This document shows positions 7,319-15,428 of a stretch of DNA of 32,000 bases, piece by piece. Below the pieces are notes generated by a model, which saw nothing but the letters and a program-made list of their open reading frames with translations, was not told the origin of the DNA and made no database searches. Made by a program: the position numbers and the translations under genes. The stretch is from Halorhodospira halophila SL1 (lineage in GTDB: Bacteria; Pseudomonadota; Gammaproteobacteria; Nitrococcales; Halorhodospiraceae), in contig NC_008789.1 of NCBI RefSeq assembly GCF_000015585.1, positions 150,001 to 182,000 of the forward strand, in the 5' to 3' direction. Each line of letters begins with the position of its first letter. Position 1 is the first letter of the stretch.

Positions 7319-9250
7319 GTGCCGCTACTCGAGCTACGCAACGTTCAACTCGCCCTGGGGCACCATCCGCCCCTGCTGGAAAACCTCAACCTGACCATCG
7401 ACCCCGGGGAACGGGTCTGCCTGGTCGGGCGCAACGGCGCCGGGAAGTCCACCCTGATGCGCATCCTCACCGGTGCCGTTGAGCCCGACGACGGCCAGGT
7501 CCTCTGCGACCCCGGCGTCCGCGTCGCACAACTGGCCCAGGAACTGCCCGAAGACACCAGCGGCACGGTCTATCAACATGTCGCCGCCGGCCTGGGCGCA
7601 CTCGGCGAAACCGTCGAACGCTACCACCGGGTGGCCGAGGCCGTTGCCGCCGGAGATACCGAACGCCTCGACGAGATGCAGGCCTGCCAGGACGCCCTGG
7701 ACGCCGAGGGCGGGTGGGACCTAAAGCAGCGCGTGGAGGCGGTCATCTCCCGCCTCGACCTTGACCCCGACGCCCCCATGGCGCACCTCTCCGGCGGCGT
7801 GCAGCGGCGGGTACTGCTCGGCCGCGCCCTGGTCACCGATCCGGACCTGCTCCTGCTCGACGAGCCCACCAACCACTTGGACATCGAGGCCATCACCTGG
7901 CTCGAGGGGTTCCTGCGCGACTGGCCCGGGGCGCTGCTATTCATCACCCACGACCGCACCTTCCTGCAGAGCCTCGCTACCCGCATCGTGGAGATCGATC
8001 GAGGGGCGCTGATCAGTTACCCCGGCGATTACCAGAACTATCTGCGCCGGCGCGAGGAACGCCTGCACGCCGAGGAGCAACAGCGCGCCGAATTCGACAA
8101 GCGCCTGGCCCAGGAGGAGGCGTGGATCCGCCAGGGGATCAAGGCCCGGCGCACCCGCAACCAGGGCCGGGTCCGCGAACTCCAGCGCATGCGCGCCGAA
8201 CGCGCCGAACGCCGCGAGCACCAGGGCAAGGCGCGTTTCAGCGTCCAGGAGGCCGAACGCTCCGGCAAGATCGTCGCCGAGGCCGAGGGGGTCCACTTCG
8301 CCTACGGCGACACCACCATCGTCCGCGACCTGAACACCTCCATCCTGCGCGGCGACAAGGTGGGCATCATCGGCCCCAACGGCTGCGGCAAGACCACGCT
8401 GATCCGCCTGCTCCTCGGGGCGCTGGAACCCACCCATGGGGTCATCCGGCGCGGCACCCGGCTGGAGATCGCCTATTTCGACCAGCAACGCGCGGTGCTC
8501 GACGAAGACGCCAGCGTTCAGGACAACGTCGGCGGGGGGCGCGAGCACATCGACATCAACGGCCAGTCCCGCCACGTGCTCAGTTACCTGCAGGACTTCT
8601 TGTTCCCGCCCCAACGGGCCCGTCAGCCGGTTCGCGCCCTCTCCGGCGGCGAGCGCAACCGCCTGCTACTGGCCCGGCTCTTCAGCCAGCCGGCCAACCT
8701 GCTCGTCCTCGACGAACCAACTAACGACCTCGATGCCGAGACCCTCGAGCTCCTCGAGGAGAGACTGCTGGATTTCTCCGGCACCGTACTGGTAGTCAGC
8801 CACGACCGATCGTTCCTGGATGCAGTCGTCACCCAGAGCCTGGCCTACGAAGGGGATGGGCGCTTCCGCGAATACGCCGGGGGCTATAGCGACTGGCAGA
8901 GACAGCGCCCCGGCCCAGCACCGCAGCGCCCCTCCGAGCGGGGAGGAAAGAACACCAAGGAGCGGGGCCACGCCAGTCCAACCGGAACGCCGGCGGCGAG
9001 CACCACCGGCAGCGGTCGGAAACGCCTGACGCGCAATGAGGAGCAGGAACTCGCCGCCCTGCCGGAACGCATCGAGGCCCTGGAGCGGGAGCAGGCGCAG
9101 CTGCATGAGCAGCTGGCCGATCCCGCCCTCTACCAGAGCGACGACGGCCGTCTGTCGGCCTTGCAGGAACAGCTGGCCGAACTGGAGGCGCGCCTGGAGT
9201 CGACCTACGAGCGGTGGCAGGACCTAGAGGCGCGCAGCCATGCCGGGTGA
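7319..9250 (+). CDS. uup: ABC-F family ATPase Uup (two ABC cassettes plus C-terminal coiled coil)
   Basis: GTG 7319 is in frame with track ORF 6950..9250 and follows GGGAG. Translation begins VPLLELRNVQLALG. Two Walker A sites (GRNGAGKST, GPNGCGKTT), two signature motifs (LSGGVQRR, LSGGERNR) and two Walker B sites (LLLLDEPTNHLD, LLVLDEPTNDLD) are present. A coiled-coil tail follows (EELAALPERIEALEREQAQLHEQL). The 5' part of the track ORF overlaps the dehydrogenase gene and is Arg/Gly/Pro junk. Confidence 0.93.
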   Translation: MPLLELRNVQLALGHHPPLLENLNLTIDPGERVCLVGRNGAGKSTLMRILTGAVEPDDGQVLCDPGVRVAQLAQELPEDTSGTVYQHVAAGLGALGETVERYHRVAEAVAAGDTERLDEMQACQDALDAEGGWDLKQRVEAVISRLDLDPDAPMAHLSGGVQRRVLLGRALVTDPDLLLLDEPTNHLDIEAITWLEGFLRDWPGALLFITHDRTFLQSLATRIVEIDRGALISYPGDYQNYLRRREERLHAEEQQRAEFDKRLAQEEAWIRQGIKARRTRNQGRVRELQRMRAERAERREHQGKARFSVQEAERSGKIVAEAEGVHFAYGDTTIVRDLNTSILRGDKVGIIGPNGCGKTTLIRLLLGALEPTHGVIRRGTRLEIAYFDQQRAVLDEDASVQDNVGGGREHIDINGQSRHVLSYLQDFLFPPQRARQPVRALSGGERNRLLLARLFSQPANLLVLDEPTNDLDAETLELLEERLLDFSGTVLVVSHDRSFLDAVVTQSLAYEGDGRFREYAGGYSDWQRQRPGPAPQRPSERGGKNTKERGHASPTGTPAASTTGSGRKRLTRNEEQELAALPERIEALEREQAQLHEQLADPALYQSDDGRLSALQEQLAELEARLESTYERWQDLEARSHAG

Positions 9251-9436
9251 TGACCCCGTATGCATACAGCGCACTCCGCGGTTGGCCGGGTCGCCTGGCA
9301 CCTGCGGGCGCTCCCCGGCTCCTCGGGTTCGTGACCCAATTCCGGCATCGGGACAACCCCCGCGGACGCGGTGTCTTATACTTCCAATGGCAGCTGCCAA
9401 CGCCCCGCAACGCGAACCCAGGACCCACGCCCACCG

Positions 9437-9943
9437 ATGAGCCACCCTGTCGACACCTTTCGAAGCCACTTCCGCTTCGCGCTCGTGGCCTCGGGCCGGG
9501 CGCGGGATACCATCCACGTGGTCTATACCGCCCCCCCGGCGGAGCAGGAGGTCACCGCTGCCAGCGCCGCCCTGGACCGGACCCCGCGGGACGCCCTGTT
9601 GCAGGATGTCCGGGTCGAGCCAGCCTTCCTGAAGCGTTTTGGCGAGGGCGGGGACCAGCTCGGTGATCTGAAGAGCCTGCGCAGGATCTACGGCCGCAGC
9701 TTCCCGTTGCCCTATGCCGCAGCCATGGCCGGCGCCCTCGGGCGTGCCCACAACCGGGGTTGCGCCCAGCTGCGCGGCTACCTCTCCCGCGACGAGGAGC
9801 GCATCCTGCCCCGGCTGTTTCCGCTCCAGCACGTCCGGCACCGCGAATATCGAGCGAGGACCAGCGCACTGCTTCGGGCCGCCGGCGACCGCATGCCGGT
9901 CTTCTACGAACTGATCGGCCTCGCCTGCGAACAGCTGGATTAG
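9437..9943 (+). CDS. Hypothetical protein (no family recognised)
   Basis: The frame has high GC3 and a balanced amino-acid composition (F, Y, K, D, E present). The antisense ORF 9224..9946 is Gly/Ala/Arg/Pro junk. The start is uncertain: ATG 9437 or GTG 9371, neither with a clear SD. Confidence 0.5.
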   Translation: MSHPVDTFRSHFRFALVASGRARDTIHVVYTAPPAEQEVTAASAALDRTPRDALLQDVRVEPAFLKRFGEGGDQLGDLKSLRRIYGRSFPLPYAAAMAGALGRAHNRGCAQLRGYLSRDEERILPRLFPLQHVRHREYRARTSALLRAAGDRMPVFYELIGLACEQLD

Positions 9944-9973
9944 CAATGATTGCCCGGCGCACAGCCGCGGCTG

Positions 9974-11173
9974 CTAAAGGCTCTCCTCCAGGATCGACCG
10001 CCACTGCTCGGCATCCAGCGCCACCGGGTTGCGCCGGTTCGATCCCTTCGCCACGACGGCCTCCAGGTGCCGGGGCTCGATGCCGTAGCCGGACAGCCCC
10101 ACCAGTCCGGCGTGCGTACGCGCCTCCTGCCGCCAGTGCTCTAGGGTTTCGACCAGGGCGTCGGCCCGGGCCTCGCCGCCGAGCCGGCCGGAGACCGCAG
10201 CCATCCGATCCTCCACCCGCTGCCGAGACGCCCCGCCCACGGCTCGAGCCTGGCGCAGGGTATGCGCCATCGCCGGGGGGAGCACATTGGCGCAGGCCGC
10301 CCCGTGGGGGACGGACGCCACCGCCCCGAGCGGCCCGATGAGCCCGTGGACGATGCCTAGCCCGGTATAGGTGAGCGCCACCCCCGAGAGACTGGCAGCC
10401 AGCGCCATGTCGTGGCGCTGCGCCTCGAGATCGGCATCGCCGTGGCGGCGGATCAACTCCGGGAGGGCCCCACCGGCCAGCTCCAGGCCGTAGACCAGCC
10501 AGCCGTCGAGCAGCGGCGAGGAGGTGGGCGCCAGGTAGCTCTCCAGCAATTGCGAAAAGGCGTCCATCCCCGCACTGGCAACCACCGAACGCGGCACGGA
10601 CGCCGTCAGCCGCGCATCGAGAACCACCCGATCCGCCACGTAATGGGGATGACGCAGGGATTTCTTGTAGCCCTGTTCCAGGCCGGGTTGGCCGAGTACG
10701 GCGTTATGGGTGACCTCGCTGCCCGTCCCCATGGTGGTCGGCACGGCCAGCCAAGGCAGGCGGCGCCCGGAGGGCGTCCGATCGCCCACGCCCTCCAGGT
10801 AGGCCCGTGTCGGCCCCTCTTCACAGGCCATCGCCGCCAGGGTCTTGCCGACGTCGAGGACACTCCCCCCGCCCAGCGCAATCACCAGATCTGAACCGCC
10901 GGCCGGGATACCCTGACGCTGCTCATCTACCCACTCGGCGCTCGGCTCGCCGGTGACGATGACCGTCGCCACACGCCACCCCTGCGCCTTTAGGCTGTCC
11001 ACGGCCTCCTGCGCCGCCGCCAGGTACGCCAGCGTATTGCGGCCGGTGACCAGGACCAGCGTACCGGGCTCCGGGCAAAGCTCTTTCACCCAGGGCTGCA
11101 ACCGTTCTACCGCCCCGGGGTAGTGGGCCGTGCGCGGCCAGTGGATGGGCTGGAGGATCTGCGCCCCTGCCAT
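9974..11173 (-). CDS. Iron-containing (group III) alcohol dehydrogenase
   Basis: Starting at ATG 11171-11173 gives 399 aa. Fe-ADH signatures are present: VIALGGGSVLDVGK, WLAVPTTMGTGSEVT and HGLIGPLGAVASVPHGAACANVLP. The track ORF extension to 11314 overlaps the upstream gene. Confidence 0.9.
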   Translation of the reverse strand: MAGAQILQPIHWPRTAHYPGAVERLQPWVKELCPEPGTLVLVTGRNTLAYLAAAQEAVDSLKAQGWRVATVIVTGEPSAEWVDEQRQGIPAGGSDLVIALGGGSVLDVGKTLAAMACEEGPTRAYLEGVGDRTPSGRRLPWLAVPTTMGTGSEVTHNAVLGQPGLEQGYKKSLRHPHYVADRVVLDARLTASVPRSVVASAGMDAFSQLLESYLAPTSSPLLDGWLVYGLELAGGALPELIRRHGDADLEAQRHDMALAASLSGVALTYTGLGIVHGLIGPLGAVASVPHGAACANVLPPAMAHTLRQARAVGGASRQRVEDRMAAVSGRLGGEARADALVETLEHWRQEARTHAGLVGLSGYGIEPRHLEAVVAKGSNRRNPVALDAEQWRSILEESL

Positions 11174-11177
11174 GCCG

Positions 11178-11933
11178 TCAGTCCTTCTCGGCGCCCTGCT
11201 CCACCCAGCGGATGATCCGGTCCTTATCCCGCTGCGACAGGCTGCCACCAAGGGGCATCTGCGGCTCCGTCGTGCCGTCGATGCGCTTGACCAGCTCGCT
11301 CTCGCCAGGCTCACCGGGGACCACGATCGGCCCGTTCTTACTGCCCTCCATGAGCGCCTCGTAGGTGGTCAGGTCCAGATCCCAGATGTCGTTGCCGGGT
11401 GCGTGACAGGAGACGCAGGCGTCCCGCATGATCCGATCGATCTGCGCATAGGAGACCCGCCCGTCGGGATCGTCTTCTTCTTCCTCTTCCGCCGGGGGAC
11501 TGGCCGAGCCGTGCACCAGCTCGCCGCCGTAGTAGCCGAGAACCACCACCACCAGGAACGACGCCAGGTAACTGGCCAGCACCGCTGGCGAGCGGTAGGT
11601 CAGCTTGGCCGGGAGCAGGGCCGCGATGCCGAGGAGGACCGCTAGGATCAGACCAAACGTGACCTTGATCTTGAAGGTGGTGGTCCACCCCCCACCGTAG
11701 TAGTAGAGCCAGTCCATGAAGCCGAGGAGGATGGTCGGGAAGACCATGATGAACCCCAGCGTGACACAGTGGCGGGCCGTCACCGCATACTTCTCGTAGC
11801 GCGGCGACAGGGCCAGCAGCGCAAAGACCAGCGCAGCCACCACCAGGCCGATGGTGACGTGGACCGCAATCGGGTGCACCGGATGGGTGTATCCGAGGCC
11901 TGCCAGAAAGTTATAGAAGAAATCGACGCTCAT
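11178..11933 (-). CDS. Membrane protein: about 4 TM helices (DUF2231-like) fused to a C-terminal mono-heme cytochrome c domain (PSCyt1-like)
   Basis: Hydrophobic helices are present (IAVHVTIGLVVAALVFALLAL, VTLGFIMVFPTILLGF, VTFGLILAVLLGIAALL, LASFLVVVVLGYYGG). An acidic linker (PPAEEEEEDDPDG) follows. Then comes the heme-binding CVSCH, followed by GPIVVPGEPGESELVKRI ... MPLGG. The stop lies 4 nt from the ADH start. Confidence 0.8.
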   Translation of the reverse strand: MSVDFFYNFLAGLGYTHPVHPIAVHVTIGLVVAALVFALLALSPRYEKYAVTARHCVTLGFIMVFPTILLGFMDWLYYYGGGWTTTFKIKVTFGLILAVLLGIAALLPAKLTYRSPAVLASYLASFLVVVVLGYYGGELVHGSASPPAEEEEEDDPDGRVSYAQIDRIMRDACVSCHAPGNDIWDLDLTTYEALMEGSKNGPIVVPGEPGESELVKRIDGTTEPQMPLGGSLSQRDKDRIIRWVEQGAEKD

Positions 11934-12028
11934 GCCTCACCTTTGTTGATCGTGCGCTGCACCGCCAGGTCCCTCGCACCCCCCCTTCCATCGACAGGGC
12001 AGCGAAACCGGACCGGCTAGCATCGCGC

Positions 12029-12080
12029 ATTAAATTATCAGTCAGCAATCTTTTTGACCATCATCAATGGCGTTTTTCGT
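12029..12080. promoter_or_regulatory. AT-rich block in the divergent intergenic region (presumed promoter zone for 11933(-) and the Hsp70-module operon)
   Basis: attaaattatcagtcagcaatctttttgaccatcatcaatggcgtttttcg is conspicuously AT-rich for this window. It contains TTGACC (12054-12059), but I could not pair it with a convincing -10 element. Confidence 0.3.
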
Positions 12081-12133
12081 CACCCCAAACGATCCTGTTC
12101 GCCCCGGCCTTCCATCGTCCAGACCGTAGGAGG

Positions 12134-14398
12134 ATGAGCACAGCTGTCCGCACGCGTATCATGCCCATCATGGGGCGCTCGTCACCGAGGGCCTCATTCC
12201 GGAGTCGCAAGCAAGGGACCGATGTGGCCGATCCAATGACCCCGCGGGAACAGCAGCAACCGCCCCTGCACGCCGCCCACCTGACCGTGGAACCGTACGC
12301 GCGCCAGGCGCTGGCGGATGGGCGCTACCGCGAGGCCATCAAGCACTTCCGCACCCTCGCCCAGACCGAGCCCGAGGTGGTCTGGGCCGAAGGGCTGGCC
12401 GACGCATACCGCGGTCGGGCACTGGAGCTCACCGCCAAGGGGATGCCGCGCGAGGCGCTGGCCATCTGGGAGAATCGCGAATGGCGTTGCCCGGGTGCCC
12501 TGCCGGAGCCCGAGCAGATCAGCCTGCTCCTGGAGCTGGGCGAGATCGATACGGCCCAGTCGGCCTACGCGCGCCTGCGCGAGGCCGGTGCTTGCGAGGC
12601 ACTGAGCCGGGCCCGCCCTCACCTGGCCGCCTACGCTCTCGTCCACCCCGACTCACTCCGTACCCTAGACCCCGAAGACCCGGTGCGAGCCGATGGCGAA
12701 ACCGCGCAGGCCGCCCTGGCGGCTTACTGCGCCGGCGAGGATGAGACCGCCGCCGGATACCTGCGGGCGATCCCGTATCGATCGCCTTACCGCGACTGGG
12801 TGACCGTCCTCAAGGCCCTGATGAGCGACCCCGGGCAAGAGCGGGCCGTGGAGCGGCTGCTTGCGGGCATGGACGAGAACTCCCCCTTCGCGCCTCTGGC
12901 CGACGCGGTGCGCCTGGCCCGACTGGCCGAGCCCGAACTGCTGCCGGCGCTAACCACGGTGAGCGAGCCGGTGCGCCGGTTCGCCACCGCCCTGCGCGGC
13001 TGGTCAGCCCAACGCTACCGGCTCTGGCGCGAGCTGTTCAGCCCCGAGGCACCGGAACAGGCCACCGACCCGGTGACGGTCCTGGCCGACTGGCGCGAAG
13101 ACCTCGGCGAAGACTGGTCTCGGCAACAGCGTCTGCGCTACGCCCTGCACCACCCGGCGGTGCACGCCCCCGAGGACGCCGACGAGTTCGAGCGTGCCCT
13201 GCTCCAGGCCTGGCGGACCGAGGCCTTTCACGCCGATGACCCGGGTGCAATCCTCGCCGCCTGGCAGGGGGTGATCGAGGCGCTGCGCGGCGCTGCCGAG
13301 CCGACCCCCGGCGATCGGGCCGCGTTGCGGATCGCCGCCATCCAGCGCCACCTGGTCAGCGATCTGCATCTGCTCGACACCCCGCTGGCTGCCGAGGCGG
13401 AGAACGCCCTGGCCGAGAGCGTGGCGCTGGATCCCGACCACCTCCCCGGTCACCGCCTGCTCATCCAGCGCCACCGGGAGTGCGGCCGCCCCATCCAGGC
13501 CCGGCGGGCGATGGATCAGGCCCTGGCCCGCTGGCCCGAGGATCTTGGTCTGCTACAGGAGGCCCTGGAGATCGCCCTGGATGGCGAGGATTTCGAAGGC
13601 GCCGCCGTCTATGCCGGGCGCCTCCTCGAGCGTGACCCGATCAACCGCCGCGCGCGGGCGGTGCTGCACGAGGCGCTCCTAACCCGAGCTCGCTCGGCCT
13701 GCACCGAGGACGACCCGGAAGCCGCTCGCGCTGCCCTCGATCAGGCCGACGCCTGGGCGGAGTCGGCCCCGGCCCGAGCCCAGCTGGAGCGTCTGCGGGC
13801 CGTGGTCGATGCCAGCCACGGTAACGGCGCCGAGGCACGCCGACTGCGTGATCGCGCCACCGCCGAAGGCGACACACTGGGCAGCGCCCTGGCTTTGGCG
13901 GTGGAAGCCGAGCGGGCCGGTCAACCGGCCGAAACGGTACTGACACGAAGCGGCCTGACCCCGCCGAAGCGGATCGAACGCCCCGCGTTGCTCGAACTCG
14001 CCCAGCGCATGCACGAGGTCGCCGCAACCACGGACGATGTCCCGGAGCGTGCCTTGGCCCCCTTTGCCCCGACCCTGCGTCGGGCCGTTCGCATCAAGAC
14101 ACTCAGCCTGGACGACTACGCCGCCGTCTGCGAGGCCCTGCGCGCGGTCGGCCAGGACGAACTGCGCGACCGCTTCGCACGCGAGGCGTTGCGCCACCGG
14201 CTGGAGGATCCGCTGTTCACCGTACACAGCCTGGAAGCCCGGTATCGGCAGGACGGCGGTGGCCGCCCCACCAGCCGGGAACTCGACCAGCTCCGCCGGG
14301 CCTTCCGGCAGGCACGCCGCGACGACGACAAGCGCACCGCACACCGGGCCGGGGAACTGATCAAGCGACTGGTCCCCCACCCGGAGAGCGGTGCCTGA
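12134..14398 (+). CDS. Large all-helical TPR-like repeat protein (first gene of the Hsp70 module)
   Basis: 754-aa ORF with high GC3, rich in Ala/Leu/Arg/Glu. TPR-like segments are visible (YREAIKHFRTLAQTEPE, EALAIWENRE, AAVYAGRLLERDPINRRARAVLHEAL). No catalytic motif was seen. The start is ambiguous: AGGAGG abuts ATG 12134 with zero spacing. Alternatives are GTG about 12224 (after AGGGA plus 5 nt) or ATG 12236. Confidence 0.7.
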   Translation: MSTAVRTRIMPIMGRSSPRASFRSRKQGTDVADPMTPREQQQPPLHAAHLTVEPYARQALADGRYREAIKHFRTLAQTEPEVVWAEGLADAYRGRALELTAKGMPREALAIWENREWRCPGALPEPEQISLLLELGEIDTAQSAYARLREAGACEALSRARPHLAAYALVHPDSLRTLDPEDPVRADGETAQAALAAYCAGEDETAAGYLRAIPYRSPYRDWVTVLKALMSDPGQERAVERLLAGMDENSPFAPLADAVRLARLAEPELLPALTTVSEPVRRFATALRGWSAQRYRLWRELFSPEAPEQATDPVTVLADWREDLGEDWSRQQRLRYALHHPAVHAPEDADEFERALLQAWRTEAFHADDPGAILAAWQGVIEALRGAAEPTPGDRAALRIAAIQRHLVSDLHLLDTPLAAEAENALAESVALDPDHLPGHRLLIQRHRECGRPIQARRAMDQALARWPEDLGLLQEALEIALDGEDFEGAAVYAGRLLERDPINRRARAVLHEALLTRARSACTEDDPEAARAALDQADAWAESAPARAQLERLRAVVDASHGNGAEARRLRDRATAEGDTLGSALALAVEAERAGQPAETVLTRSGLTPPKRIERPALLELAQRMHEVAATTDDVPERALAPFAPTLRRAVRIKTLSLDDYAAVCEALRAVGQDELRDRFAREALRHRLEDPLFTVHSLEARYRQDGGGRPTSRELDQLRRAFRQARRDDDKRTAHRAGELIKRLVPHPESGA

Positions 14399-14430
14399 AC
14401 GACGCAGCCCCCTTGACCCGAACACCGTCT

Positions 14431-14772
14431 ATGGATAAGACCCTGAACCCGATGCCAAGCCCCGAAATCGAACACGCCGATCCCTACCTCTGCCTGGGCG
14501 TCGCACGCGACGCGGAGGACGAAACCATCCATGGGGCTTACCTGGCAGCGGTCAGGGGCTGCCCGCCGGAGCGGGACCCCCGGCGCTTCGAGGCACTGCG
14601 CCAGGCGTATCAGGCCATCCGCACCGAGCGAATGCGCCTGGCTCACGACCTGTTCGATACCCTGCCAGCCACCGCACTGGATATCCTGGACCGGGCGGCG
14701 CCGGCCCACCCCCCAGGGCGCCCGGATGAGGAGAGCTTTCGCGCAGTGCTCGGGCAGAGGGGCGAGGGCTGA
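14431..14772 (+). CDS. Minimal J-like domain protein (HPD motif replaced by PPE)
   Basis: DPYLCLGVARDAEDETIHGAYLAAVRGCPPERDPRRFEALRQAYQAI aligns by eye to J-domain helices I-III of DnaJ (DYYEILGV...AYKRLAMKYHPDRN...FKEIKEAYEVL). There is no G/F region, zinc finger or C-terminal domains. Start options are TTG 14413, ATG 14431 and ATG 14452. The stop overlaps the next start (TGATG at 14770-14774). Confidence 0.75.
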   Translation: MDKTLNPMPSPEIEHADPYLCLGVARDAEDETIHGAYLAAVRGCPPERDPRRFEALRQAYQAIRTERMRLAHDLFDTLPATALDILDRAAPAHPPGRPDEESFRAVLGQRGEG

Positions 14773-15428
14773 TGGACAGCAACGAGCGCGAGGCGCTGGT
14801 CGCGCGCTTTCGCGACTACCTGGAACGCAGCGATGGGGCGCCGCAGGAGGAGCAGGCACCGCAGACCCCGGACCTCTACACCCTGCTCAACGAGATGGCG
14901 GCACTCAAGAACGACGTCCGCCTCGAGTCGCGCCAGTACAAATCGGCCCTCGACCAGCTGAGCGAGGACTGTGAGATGCTGCGCCAGCAGAATGGACAAC
15001 TGCAGGAACACCTGGAGCGGGAACGCCGCCGAGCGGATCTGGCCCACGACGACGCCGAACAGGCCGTGCTCCAGGAACTGCTCGATCTGCGCGACCGCCT
15101 CGCCGCCGGACACCGACAGGTCGCCACCCACCGGCCCGGCTGGCTGGCTCGGCTCGGCGGTACCCGCCGGTATCTGTCCAGCGTGGCTCAGGGCATGGAG
15201 ATGAACCTGCGCCACCTGGATGAGATCCTGGCGCGCCGCGGTGTGCAGGTCCAGGAGACCGTCCAGAAGCCCTTCGACCCGCAGACCATGCACGCCGTGG
15301 ATACAACCACCGAGCCCGGAGCGGATCACGGCGTCGTGGTGCGCGAGGTCCGTCAGGGCTTCCTGCGCGGCGGCCGGGTCCTGCGCACCGCCGAGGTCAT
15401 CGTCAACAAGAAGGACAGCAAGTCGTGA
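14772..15428 (+). CDS. GrpE-like nucleotide exchange factor
   Basis: 218 aa. It has a long N-terminal coiled coil (LLNEMAALKNDVRLESRQYKSALDQL...). The C-terminal GrpE beta-domain signature is PFDPQTMHAVDTTTEPGADHGVVVREVRQGFLRGGRVLRTAEVIV. The stop overlaps the Hsp70 start (GTGA at 15425-15428). Confidence 0.85.
   Translation: MDSNEREALVARFRDYLERSDGAPQEEQAPQTPDLYTLLNEMAALKNDVRLESRQYKSALDQLSEDCEMLRQQNGQLQEHLERERRRADLAHDDAEQAVLQELLDLRDRLAAGHRQVATHRPGWLARLGGTRRYLSSVAQGMEMNLRHLDEILARRGVQVQETVQKPFDPQTMHAVDTTTEPGADHGVVVREVRQGFLRGGRVLRTAEVIVNKKDSKS

Noticed and set aside
9296-9311. TGGCAC-N5-GGCGC, resembling a sigma-54 -24/-12 promoter, upstream of the hypothetical gene.
   Set aside because: The -12 element matches only at GC (GGCGC versus TTGCW). 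No enhancer-binding protein gene is nearby. TGGCAC alone is expected by chance in GC-rich DNA.
9224-9946. 240-aa minus-strand ORF opposite the hypothetical gene at 9437..9943.
   Set aside because: Its composition is junk-like (Gly/Ala/Arg/Pro). The plus-strand frame has the GC3 pattern and the more protein-like composition.
12054-12089. Possible sigma-32 heat-shock promoter (TTGACC ... CCCCAAA) upstream of the Hsp70 module.
   Set aside because: The spacer is 23 nt, against about 13-15 nt in the sigma-32 consensus as I recall it. A TGGCG-N-GTCAC sigma-54-like string nearby also fails the GG-N10-GC spacing.
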